Shown here: one piece after another, positions 1-7,569 of the stretch
How positions within the stretch are numbered: the first letter of the stretch is position 1
How the letters are laid out: every line of letters starts with the position of its first letter
NCBI GenBank assembly: GCA_964490725.1
Contig: CAZBDU010000013.1
Span: 8,633 to 72,632, forward strand
Length of the DNA stretch: 64,000 nucleotides
DNA from: an uncultured Spirochaetaceae bacterium
Lineage (GTDB): Bacteria > Spirochaetota > Spirochaetia > SZUA-6 > DRHE01
Direction: 5' to 3'
Program-made: the position numbers and the translations under genes
Notes under the pieces: generated by a model
Told to the model about the DNA's origin: nothing
The model's input: only the letters and a program-made list of their open reading frames with translations
Database searches by the model: none

Positions 1-508
1 AGCAGCGCCTGACCTCCTCGGCCACCCGCACCGCCCCTGTTACGTTGAGGTAGCTGTCCTGCTGTCCGGCGAAGCTTGAACCCGGGAGATCCTCCGCGGT
101 CGCGGAGGATCGCACGGCCACCGCGACGCCGTCCCCTCCCATGCGGGCGTAGCTGCCGGAGATTGCCTGGAACACCGGCGCCGGCAGGCGGCCTGCGGCA
201 AGAATCCGTCGAATCCGTCCTGCAAGCTCCCGCAGGCGGCCAAGGTCGGCGGCGGGCAGCTCTTGCAGGCGTTCCAGGAGCGGCTGCACCTCCTTCACCC
301 TTGCCGCACCCTCGTAGGCGCGGGTCGTAACGCAGAACCCTTCCGGGACTGGAAACCCCAGGCGGACCATCCGTCCCAGGTTGAGGGCCTTGCCGCCCAC
401 AAGCGGCAGCAGGTCTTCACCGATCTCACCCAGCGGCAGAACCAGCGGCGCCGCCGAGGCCGAGCCGGATTCGGGTCCGATCGACGAGCTGTCGAAAGTC
501 ATCTTCAT
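1..508 (-). CDS. PEP/pyruvate-binding (PPDK_N-type) domain protein, PpsA / phosphotransferase-like; only the 5' part is inside the window
   Basis: Manual minus-strand translation from ATG at 508 (SD GGAAGGAGA just upstream): MKMTFDSSSIGPESG..LPLGEIGEDLLPLVGGKALNLGRMVRLGFPVPEGFCVTTRAYEGAA..AVAVRSSATAEDLPGSSFAGQQDSYLNV. This is the hallmark N-terminal region of PEP synthase / PPDK / rifampicin-phosphotransferase-type enzymes. It is absent from the ORF track because it has no stop codon in the window. Confidence 0.75.
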   Translation of the reverse strand, partial: MKMTFDSSSIGPESGSASAAPLVLPLGEIGEDLLPLVGGKALNLGRMVRLGFPVPEGFCVTTRAYEGAARVKEVQPLLERLQELPAADLGRLRELAGRIRRILAAGRLPAPVFQAISGSYARMGGDGVAVAVRSSATAEDLPGSSFAGQQDSYLNVTGAVRVAEEVRRC

Positions 509-539
509 CTTCTCCTTCCGTTGCCCCGAGGCAACGTTG

Positions 540-557
540 TAATTGACTGATCAATTA
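540..557. promoter_or_regulatory. Inverted repeat TAATTGA-CTGA-TCAATTA, candidate TetR operator upstream of the PEP-utilising gene
   Basis: Perfect 7-4-7 palindrome about 32 nt upstream of the ATG at 508. It shares the core TAATT-N2-CTGA-N2-AATTA with a second dyad at 1213-1232. Confidence 0.45.
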
Positions 558-577
558 AGGCCGGGTGAAAAAAAATC

Positions 578-1186
578 TCATCTGGGCAGCAATCCCTGAA
601 GCACGGTGCTGAGGATACCGTCTACGATCTGCTCATGGGAGAAACGCAGGACTGCCGGATCCTTCAGTACCTGGCGGCGCAGGACCAGGTCCATGACGCC
701 GCCCAGCAGGTACTGAGTGGCGAAGGCAGGATCCGCCCTGCGCAACGTCCCTTCGGCCATCTGCCGTTCCAGGTAGCGTTCGAGCGAGGAGGTCGCCTCG
801 GCGACCAGCGAAATGCCCACTGGCGCGACCCCCGCGTTGTGGATGGCCTCGGGAAGATACAGACGCATGAGATTGACGAAACGCTCGTTCTCCACGATCT
901 GGAGGAGACGGCGGATCAGGGTTCGCAGCATCGCTTCGGGGGGGAGGTCGGGCATCTCTGTTTCCATCGTTCGCATCAGGCCCAGTGCGGACCGCTGTTC
1001 CATGGCGCTGCGCAGAAGATCCTCTTTGCTGTCGAAATAGTGGTAGATGAGGCCCGGCGTGATTCCGGCGGCCCTGGCGATGTCGCGGTTAGTAGCCCTG
1101 GCGAAGCCCTTTTCCGCGAACACCCGCACGGCCGCCTCCAGGATCTGCTCGCGGCGGTCTGCGCCGGTCCCCGGGGTCCTGCCCAT
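578..1186 (-). CDS. TetR/AcrR family transcriptional regulator
   Basis: 202 aa. N-terminal HTH REQILEAAVRVFAEKGFARATNRDIARAAGITPGLIYHYFDSKEDLL. ATG preceded by AAGGAG. Confidence 0.9.
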   Translation of the reverse strand: MGRTPGTGADRREQILEAAVRVFAEKGFARATNRDIARAAGITPGLIYHYFDSKEDLLRSAMEQRSALGLMRTMETEMPDLPPEAMLRTLIRRLLQIVENERFVNLMRLYLPEAIHNAGVAPVGISLVAEATSSLERYLERQMAEGTLRRADPAFATQYLLGGVMDLVLRRQVLKDPAVLRFSHEQIVDGILSTVLQGLLPR

Positions 1187-1212
1187 CTTCGCTCCTTGCC
1201 AGCTTTCAGCCG

Positions 1213-1232
1213 TTAATTATCTGACCAATTAA
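1213..1232. promoter_or_regulatory. Inverted repeat TTAATT-ATCTGACC-AATTAA, candidate autoregulatory TetR operator
   Basis: 6-8-6 dyad 27 nt upstream of the TetR start codon (1186). Its core is related to the dyad at 540-557. Confidence 0.45.
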
Positions 1233-1520
1233 ATAATCATCCTATTCGGACAACGTGTCAAGTTGTCATGATTCGGAGTCAACCATGTGCTTTGGAGGTG
1301 CGAGTGAATCTGGAGGTAGGCGGCTCCGCACCCTCGGCAGCTGTTTGCGCAGTGGCAGGGCTGAACAGACAGATCCCGCAGCAGAAGAACCAGGTGCATG
1401 GCCTGCTGACGGACAACGGGATCCCCGATCGAAGCCTGGGCAACCAGATGGTGGACCGTCCGGCGCCGGCCCCGCTGCACACCGGACCGGCCGCCGCCCG
1501 GACACCTCCCCGGCCGCAGG

Positions 1521-2483
1521 CTAGAACAGACGCAGGCCCAGCTTCAGCGCCAGGAACAGGTCGACGGGGCCGAAGAAGGAGAGCGTATCAATCGAGCTGG
1601 CCATCTTGCCGCCGTACTCCAGCTCGAGAATCAGCCGCTTCAGGAAGGGGTTGCCCGTCAACCCGTCCAGGTGCAGCCCCAGCCCCAGGCCGGCGGCGAA
1701 CATGTACCGGAAGGAGCTCACGTACCCGCCCGAATAGGTGTACCGGGTCATCGGCGTGGACCAGGGAAAGAATCCGGCGCTCACGCACAGAGAGATGGGC
1801 ACGTTCTCCAGCCGGTGCCGCCACTTGGCAAACACGGACAGGTTCACCGACTGCAGATAGGGGCCGGAGGCGATGCGGGCCCGCAGGCCTATTTGGTTGA
1901 AGAGGTGAAGCAGCAGCTCCAGGTCCCCGCCGAAGGAGGGGCCGGTGTCCTGGAACGCCCCTTCGGCCTGCGTGTCAGCGGCACCGACGTTCAGTATGTC
2001 GAAGTGTGCCCCGCTCAGCACGATGCCGGCCACCCGCGGGGCCGGGCCCGCCCCGCCTCGGCCGGCCGCGGAGGGCAGAAGCGTCCGGATGGTTTCCGCG
2101 CGGGAACGGTACTGGCGGCCCGTGGCCTGCAGGTAATGCCCTTCCTCCAGATTGCGCTGCTCCCCTGCCCACACGTAGTGGAAGACCAGCCGGCTCTTCT
2201 CCGCGCGGGCCAGATACACGCTGTCCACCAGATCCAGGTAACAGGGGTGCCCGTCCAGCTCGACGCTCGCGGCGTACACGTCGTAGATCTCCCGGAGAGT
2301 GTAGCGCTTCGGGTCTATCTCCTCTTCCAGCGCCACGACCAGCTCCTCCGCACCCACCTCCGTGACTTGCAGCGTCGCCTGCGCGCCCGCTGCCCCGGCG
2401 CCGGCCTCCTGAGCAACCGAGAAGGAGGCGCAGACCGCAAGCAGCCAGACTGCCGTGCAGAGGGTCCTACAGGATGTTGGCAT
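1521..2483 (-). CDS. Hypothetical secreted protein, probable outer-membrane beta-barrel
   Basis: 320 aa. N-terminal signal peptide (LCTAVWLLAVCASFSVA-QE). C-terminal half shows alternating hydrophobic/aromatic strands and ends in a terminal F (..LALKLGLRLF). No recognised family. Confidence 0.5.
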   Translation of the reverse strand: MPTSCRTLCTAVWLLAVCASFSVAQEAGAGAAGAQATLQVTEVGAEELVVALEEEIDPKRYTLREIYDVYAASVELDGHPCYLDLVDSVYLARAEKSRLVFHYVWAGEQRNLEEGHYLQATGRQYRSRAETIRTLLPSAAGRGGAGPAPRVAGIVLSGAHFDILNVGAADTQAEGAFQDTGPSFGGDLELLLHLFNQIGLRARIASGPYLQSVNLSVFAKWRHRLENVPISLCVSAGFFPWSTPMTRYTYSGGYVSSFRYMFAAGLGLGLHLDGLTGNPFLKRLILELEYGGKMASSIDTLSFFGPVDLFLALKLGLRLF

Positions 2484-3921
2484 CGGTGTGCCTCCTGATC
2501 ATGCTGTAGACGTAGTCGGAGACCTCCTCCAGGTCCTTCAGCGACTTGCCCTTGGGCAGATGCAGGACCTGGAGGTAGCGGGTCCTGTCCTCGAAGTGGT
2601 CGTCGATGAACCCCAGCAGGTCGCCCGGCTTCACCCCCCGGCTGGCCAGGAAGCTGTCCGCGTGGACCCTGCGCACCTCGTAGAAGGTCAGGCTTACCAG
2701 CCGGTTTTTGACGTACACCCGCTCGGTCCGCAGGCCGTCGGGGTTCACCTCGAAGCCGAAGTGGGGATACAGGGAGGAAAGCCGGTTCCCCTCCCGGGTG
2801 GCGTTGTAGATGGCGTAGTCCGGCCGGCGGGCCAGTCGCACCCAGCGATCCAGCTGCCTGCCGTCTTCCTTCTGGACCTTCAGATGCACCCAGGTGCCCG
2901 CCTCCAGATCGTAGAGCATCTCCTGGGCCTGAGGAATCCGCTCGACCGGCTCGTGATCCAGCTCCAGGAGGCGGTCGCCCACCTCGATGCCGCAGGCCCT
3001 CACCGGCGAGGTGGGGAACAGGTCGATGATCTCCACCTGGCCCTTCTCCCGCCAGCTCTCGCTCAGGAGCAGCCCCAGCCAGGGCCGGCGGATGTCCCGC
3101 CCTTCCAGCATGCGGTCCACGGCCCCCAGGATCGCCATGGACGGCACGGCGAAGTTGATCCCCTCGCCCAGATAGCCGGTCACCACCATGCCGTAGATGT
3201 GCGAATCGTCGCCGATGACCAGCCCGCCGCTGGCTCCCGGGGACACGTCGGCGTCCATCTGCAGCCAGCTCCCCACCTCCGGAGCCCTCCGCTTCACGGC
3301 GCTGACGATCCCCCGGGTGAGGCTCGAAGCGTACCCGCGGGAGTGGCCCAGGCAGTGGATGCCGAACCCCTGCACCAGGGCGTCGCTGTTTCCCAGCAGA
3401 TCGTGGATCCGGTAGGGCATCGGAAGCGGCTCGGGCAGCTCCAGGACCGCCAGGTCGCTCAGCGAGTCGCTGGAGAGAATCTCCGCGTGTTCCAGGATCT
3501 TCTCCCCGCCCTTCACCAGGATGTTCGCCTCCTGGGTCTCCTCCTGGTAGACGCCTTCCACCACGTGGAAGGCGGTGAGCACGTGCCGGGAGTCTACCAG
3601 GAAGCCGGTCCCGTAGGCGCCCGGGTAGTCCCGCCGGATCAGCCCGCCGGGTCCCTTGTAGGAGCGATCCACCAGGATCTCCACCAGGAGCCGGTGATAC
3701 TCGGGTACAGAGGGCAGGGCGGCCGCCGTGGCGGGCTGCTCGAGCCCCAGGCGGAGCTGCAGGTATTTCTGTGTGTTCGGCCGGTTGGTCGTCCGGAATC
3801 CCTCGATCAGCTCGCCGAAGAGGCGGATCTCCTCCCGCGGGTCCAGCTTCCGCACCGCACGCATGTTGTTCACCGCCGACCACACGCGGAAATACTCGCC
3901 CCGGCTGCTCCACTCCTCCAC
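2467..3921 (-). CDS. Trypsin-like (S1C, HtrA/DegP-like) serine protease with PDZ-like C-terminal region; no signal peptide seen
   Basis: 484 aa. Catalytic His (LTAFHVV), Asp (SDLAVLEL) and Ser (DVSPGASGGLV) motifs. PDZ-like segment (GIEVGDRLLELD). GTG start, so the exact start is uncertain. Overlaps the downstream beta-barrel gene by 17 nt. Confidence 0.85.
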   Translation of the reverse strand: MEEWSSRGEYFRVWSAVNNMRAVRKLDPREEIRLFGELIEGFRTTNRPNTQKYLQLRLGLEQPATAAALPSVPEYHRLLVEILVDRSYKGPGGLIRRDYPGAYGTGFLVDSRHVLTAFHVVEGVYQEETQEANILVKGGEKILEHAEILSSDSLSDLAVLELPEPLPMPYRIHDLLGNSDALVQGFGIHCLGHSRGYASSLTRGIVSAVKRRAPEVGSWLQMDADVSPGASGGLVIGDDSHIYGMVVTGYLGEGINFAVPSMAILGAVDRMLEGRDIRRPWLGLLLSESWREKGQVEIIDLFPTSPVRACGIEVGDRLLELDHEPVERIPQAQEMLYDLEAGTWVHLKVQKEDGRQLDRWVRLARRPDYAIYNATREGNRLSSLYPHFGFEVNPDGLRTERVYVKNRLVSLTFYEVRRVHADSFLASRGVKPGDLLGFIDDHFEDRTRYLQVLHLPKGKSLKDLEEVSDYVYSMIRRHTDANIL

Positions 3922-3979
3922 GCGCCGGAGCTGGACGACTCCTCGAAAGATACTTTCAGAAAGATGGCAAGCACGGCAA

Positions 3980-4482
3980 TCTCAGGGGGGGATTGCGACA
4001 GGAGCCTACTCCTACCTGAACCTGCTGCTGCACCTGATCCAGAAGCACGCGGGGCGGGACATCGCCGTCCTGACCTCCAAGCTGTTCCTGATCGACGTGG
4101 ACAGGCGCAGCCAGTCCCGGTTCGTCGTCTTCCAGGGGCAGAAGAGGCACCAGGACGGGCAGGTCCGGCGCGTGCAGGAGTTCATCGAGGCCACTACGCG
4201 GAGAACATACGCGTGGGCGACCTGGCCGGCGCCTTTGCCCTCGGCCGGAGAAACCTGGAGCGCCGCTTCCGAAAAGCCACCTGCAACACGGTTTCAGAGC
4301 ACGCCCATCGGGTGAAGGTCGAGGCCGCCGAGGCAAGCCTGGAGTCGGGCAGGATGACGGTGTACGAGGTGGTGGACCGCCTGGGTTACTCCGATCTCAA
4401 GGCCTTCCGGACGGCGTTCAAGAGAATCACGGGGCTGTCTCCGAGCCAGTACCGCAACAGGTACAGCAGGGCCGCCTCGTAG
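3980..4482 (+). pseudogene. Remnant of a GlxA-type (DJ-1/PfpI + AraC HTH) transcriptional regulator; N-terminally truncated and frameshifted
   Basis: One frame gives GGIATGAYSYLNLLLHLIQKHAGRDIAVLTSKLFLIDVDRRSQSRFVVFQGQKRHQDGQVRRVQEFIEA. From about 4193 another frame gives HYAENIRVGDLAGAFALGRRNLERRFRKATCNTVSEHAHRVKVEAAEASLESGRMTVYEVVDRLGYSDLKAFRTAFKRITGLSPSQYRNRY, a typical AraC HTH. The DJ-1 domain is missing and the protease gene starts at 3921. Confidence 0.7.
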
Positions 4483-4532
4483 AAGCCCGTGCCGCGGCGG
4501 AATCCGGCGGCCGCCTCGAGGCGGGCTCGCCC

Positions 4533-4572
4533 GCGATTGCCCCCCGGTCCCGGCGATTGCCCCCCGGCCCCG
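4533..4572. repeat. Tandem direct repeat, 2 x 20 nt (GCGATTGCCCCCCGGYCCCG)
   Basis: Read directly from the sequence, 19/20 identical. Lies between the AraC remnant and the methyltransferase gene. Confidence 0.8.
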
Positions 4573-4594
4573 GCGGTGTTATCTTCGGGGCAAG

Positions 4595-5131
4595 GTGAAC
4601 CGCATGGACCGGCCGGAAGGCAACGTTCAGTTCCGAGGGATGGCCCTGGCCTTTGGCCTGCGCGACCTGCTATCCCCGCCGGAGCGCAGGCTGCGCGAGG
4701 CGGGACTGCGGTCGGGCATCCGGGTGCTCGACTACGGCTGCGGACCGGGCAGCTACTCTCTGGCAGCGGCCGGGCAGGTCGGGGAGGGCGGGCGGGTGTT
4801 CGCCCTGGACGTCCATCCTCTGGCGGTCCGCAGTGTGGAGAGCCGCGCCAGGAAGAAGGGGCTGCGGAACGTGGTAACCGTCCGTTCCGGCTGCGCTACC
4901 GGCCTGGAGGCGGGAAGCATCGACGTGGTGCTGCTGTACGACGTCCTTCACGGCCTCCGGGAGCCCGCCTGCATTCTGCAGGAGCTGCACCGGGTGCTGA
5001 AGAGCGAAGGGACCCTCTCCGTCCACGATCCCCACATGGAGGAAGATCGAATACTGGCCGCCATCACCGGCGGCGGGCTGTTCCGCCTGGGGGAGAAGAA
5101 ATCCAGGAGCTACGCCTTCCGCAAGACCTGA
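4595..5131 (+). CDS. Class I SAM-dependent methyltransferase
   Basis: 178 aa. Motif I VLDYGCGPGSY; post-I/II region VFALDVHP..VVLLYDVLH. GTG start at 4595, with an alternative ATG at 4604. Confidence 0.85.
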   Translation: MNRMDRPEGNVQFRGMALAFGLRDLLSPPERRLREAGLRSGIRVLDYGCGPGSYSLAAAGQVGEGGRVFALDVHPLAVRSVESRARKKGLRNVVTVRSGCATGLEAGSIDVVLLYDVLHGLREPACILQELHRVLKSEGTLSVHDPHMEEDRILAAITGGGLFRLGEKKSRSYAFRKT

Positions 5132-5192
5132 ACAGACACCCAACCGCTGCGGTCAGAGCCTCCGCAGCGCCGATCCCTCGGGGCTCACCGGT

Positions 5193-6086
5193 CTACGGCG
5201 TGCCGGCTCTGCTGAGGGCATCTTCCACCGCCTTCATGTACGCCTTGCTGGTGGTGGTGGCTCCCGTAATCGCATCGGTGTTCGCACTCTGATCCCGGAT
5301 GATCTTGTTGAACACGCCCTGGGCGTATTCGGCGTATACGCTGTGAGGGCCCCCCACCGCCGAGACCCCTGCGATCCTGCCGGCGCGCACCTCCACCTCT
5401 ACGCGATAGGTGATCTTGCCGATCTCCGATTCCCCGGAGTACAGCCCGTCGGGTATTCCCGCGCCGCTCACCTCCCTGATAGCCATCCTGCGATACTTTT
5501 CCAGGCCCTGCTCGGAAAGCGTCAGCCCCGCCACCCCCACGACCACCGCGGCCAGGACGACGGCGGAGATGAGGCGCTCGGCCCGGCTCTCCTTCTCCCG
5601 GCGCTGGCCGAAGGGCCGGAGAGTGGAAAACAGAATGGCAGTGACCATACAGGCCAGCCCCACCGCGGCCGTGATGGTGACCCGCGCGGTGTAGGACGCG
5701 TAGCGGTCCTCCATGCCCGACAGGTGGAGGCCGGCGTCCGATACCGACGACAGGCCGCTGACTGCGGGTCCGAGGCCGAACCAGACCAGCGCGAACACAC
5801 CGGTCAGGAGCAGCCACTTGAGGGCGACCCAGCCGAAGCGCAGGATGCCCCAACTGAAGAACAGGCTGTAGAGGCAGGAAGTCACAACGAAGGCGAAGGA
5901 CGGGTAGGTGATCATCCAGCGGAACACAGCCAGTATTCCACGATCGACAGTGGCGTAGGCGCCGGCGTCGATGGCAGTCTTCACACCCAGGAGCACGAGT
6001 ACCGCCGCAAGGCCGCCGATGATTGCAGCGGCCAGGACGATGTGGACGGATTTCAGGATTCTCGACCAGAGAGCTTTGCCACGCAT
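5193..6086 (-). CDS. Multi-pass membrane protein with C-terminal FMN-binding (FMN_bind) domain
   Basis: The C-terminus TDAITGATTTSKAYMKAVEDAL is the FMN_bind signature. About 5 hydrophobic helices lie upstream. Start placed at the internal ATG (MRGKALW); the track ORF extends to 6188. Confidence 0.7.
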   Translation of the reverse strand: MRGKALWSRILKSVHIVLAAAIIGGLAAVLVLLGVKTAIDAGAYATVDRGILAVFRWMITYPSFAFVVTSCLYSLFFSWGILRFGWVALKWLLLTGVFALVWFGLGPAVSGLSSVSDAGLHLSGMEDRYASYTARVTITAAVGLACMVTAILFSTLRPFGQRREKESRAERLISAVVLAAVVVGVAGLTLSEQGLEKYRRMAIREVSGAGIPDGLYSGESEIGKITYRVEVEVRAGRIAGVSAVGGPHSVYAEYAQGVFNKIIRDQSANTDAITGATTTSKAYMKAVEDALSRAGTP

Positions 6087-6330
6087 GATCCAAGCTACTC
6101 CGACAATGGTGTTCCACCGGGCATCCGCATCACGTCCGGGCACGAATCCGCAGGATGCCGCCGCGGTGGTGAATTCTCCGGGGTGCAATATGCCTCACAG
6201 GCCGACAATCCACCATAGGGAATCCTCCCCATTTTGCGACTGGTCAAGGCGGCACGGGACCGCTTCGGCTCAACGCGGAACTGTTTGCTTGTAGACCTGT
6301 AAACGCTCTGTCCCGCCCGGTTCGGTGCGG

Positions 6331-6849
6331 CTACCTCTTCGCCACGGAGAGCAGCAGGTAGTCGATCTCGACCCGGCCGCCGCTCACCGCGGTGAGCCGG
6401 GCGTGGTAGCTGCCCCGCTGCAGGTCGACGGTGTCACTCACGGTGACCTCATGCCAGGACGCTCAGCCAAAGCCGTTGCCCGGTAGGGAAAGCTCGATTT
6501 CACCGGGCGCCGTCCCGGCAGCCTGGCCCGCGGGCGCCAGGGCCAGCCGCATCAGCACGGGCTTGCCCGCCCGGGCCCGGAAGTGCACCGAGACGGAATA
6601 CGTCTCCGCGGCCGGCACCTTGAGGGTGTAGGAGGTCCACTCCCCGGGGCTCTCCAGGCCTGCCAGGCTCACGCCGCCGCTGCAGGAGGGATTGTCCACG
6701 CCGCGGATGGGCGGCTGGCTCAGGTCCCGGGAGCCGGTGTAGCTTTCCGCCTCGACTCTGAGCTCCTGCGCCGGCAAGCGGAGGGCGGCCAGGAGCAGGA
6801 AGGCCGCCGGCAGCAGCAGGGCCGCCGGCGGCAGTAACCGCGTGTGCAT
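6331..6849 (-). pseudogene. Secreted carbohydrate-binding-module (CBM6/35-like) protein interrupted by an in-frame TGA at 6463-6465
   Basis: Signal peptide MHTRLLPPAALLLPAAFLLLAALRLPAQE. Then ELRVEAESYTGS..SPGEWTSYTLKVPAAETYSVSVHFRA..LPGNGFG-TGA-ASWHEVTVSDTVDLQRGSYHARLTAVSGGRVEIDYLLLSVAKR, continuing in the same frame to TAG at 6331. Confidence 0.55.
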
Positions 6850-6945
6850 CTGCCTGTCCTTTCCGTATCGCGAAGCGAGTCTACCACGAAAAGGCACGGT
6901 CGTGAAGGCGCGCCTGTCGAGGCGCGGCTCCGTGGGTGCGGCCCT

Positions 6946-7457
6946 TCAACTCCTGCCGGCGGGGGGAAGCACCCCCTCGGTCACCAGGGCGTCCACGAAG
7001 ACTTCCATAATCTCCTCCATCCTGACCCGGGTGTCACTGGCGAGCACGATCAGGGCGGCGCCGTCATCCGGAAGCAGCCAGAGCCCGAGGTTGAAGCCGG
7101 GCCCTCCGCCGTAGTGGCCGGCCACTCGCCTGCCCCTGTAGGCCTTGACCCTGAACCCCAGGCCGAACCCCGCCTCTGCGCTGCTCCCCGCGGCGAGGGC
7201 CTCGGCCAGCACGGACGCGTCCGCCGGAGGCTGGGGGCTCATCATCGCCCGCGCCGTGGGCGCGGCCACCAGCCGGTCCTCTCCGCCCCAGGCCTCGAGC
7301 ATGGCGCAGGCATAGGCGGCCAGGTCGCGGGCGCTGCCGCGGCGGCTGCCGGCCGCCGGGGCGGCCGGGGGTTGGTCAACCACAGGACCGCGACGGCGGC
7401 GATCACCGCGGCGACGGCCAGCCCGGCGATTCCCAGTCCCTTTACGAAACCACTCAT
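6946..7457 (-). pseudogene. Remnant of a beta-lactamase-family serine hydrolase (C-terminal ~145 aa only), joined out of frame to an N-terminal membrane anchor
   Basis: ORF 6946-7383 ends with GHYGGGPGFNLGLWLLPDDGAALIVLASD, typical of the C-terminus of class-C beta-lactamase-like esterases. No SxxK region is present. ORF 7242-7457 (different frame) supplies only MSGFVKGLGIAGLAVAAVIAAVAVLW. Confidence 0.55.
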
Positions 7458-7569
7458 GTTTCCCTCCAGAGGATCGTTGCTGATGGGGAAGCTACCGGGA
7501 GCCGCGGGAAGGGTCGTCCGGAGTGTTCATTTCGGACAAATCGGACAAACTCGTCACGCGCCGGCTGGA

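Noticed and set aside
6463-6465. The in-frame TGA in the CBM-like gene as selenocysteine or as a Trp-recoding signal.
   Set aside because: The many ATGA/GTGA junctions listed in this window show TGA serving as an ordinary stop. There is no obvious SECIS-like hairpin immediately downstream, and the CBM fold expects Trp here rather than a redox Cys/Sec. A point mutation or a sequencing error is more parsimonious.
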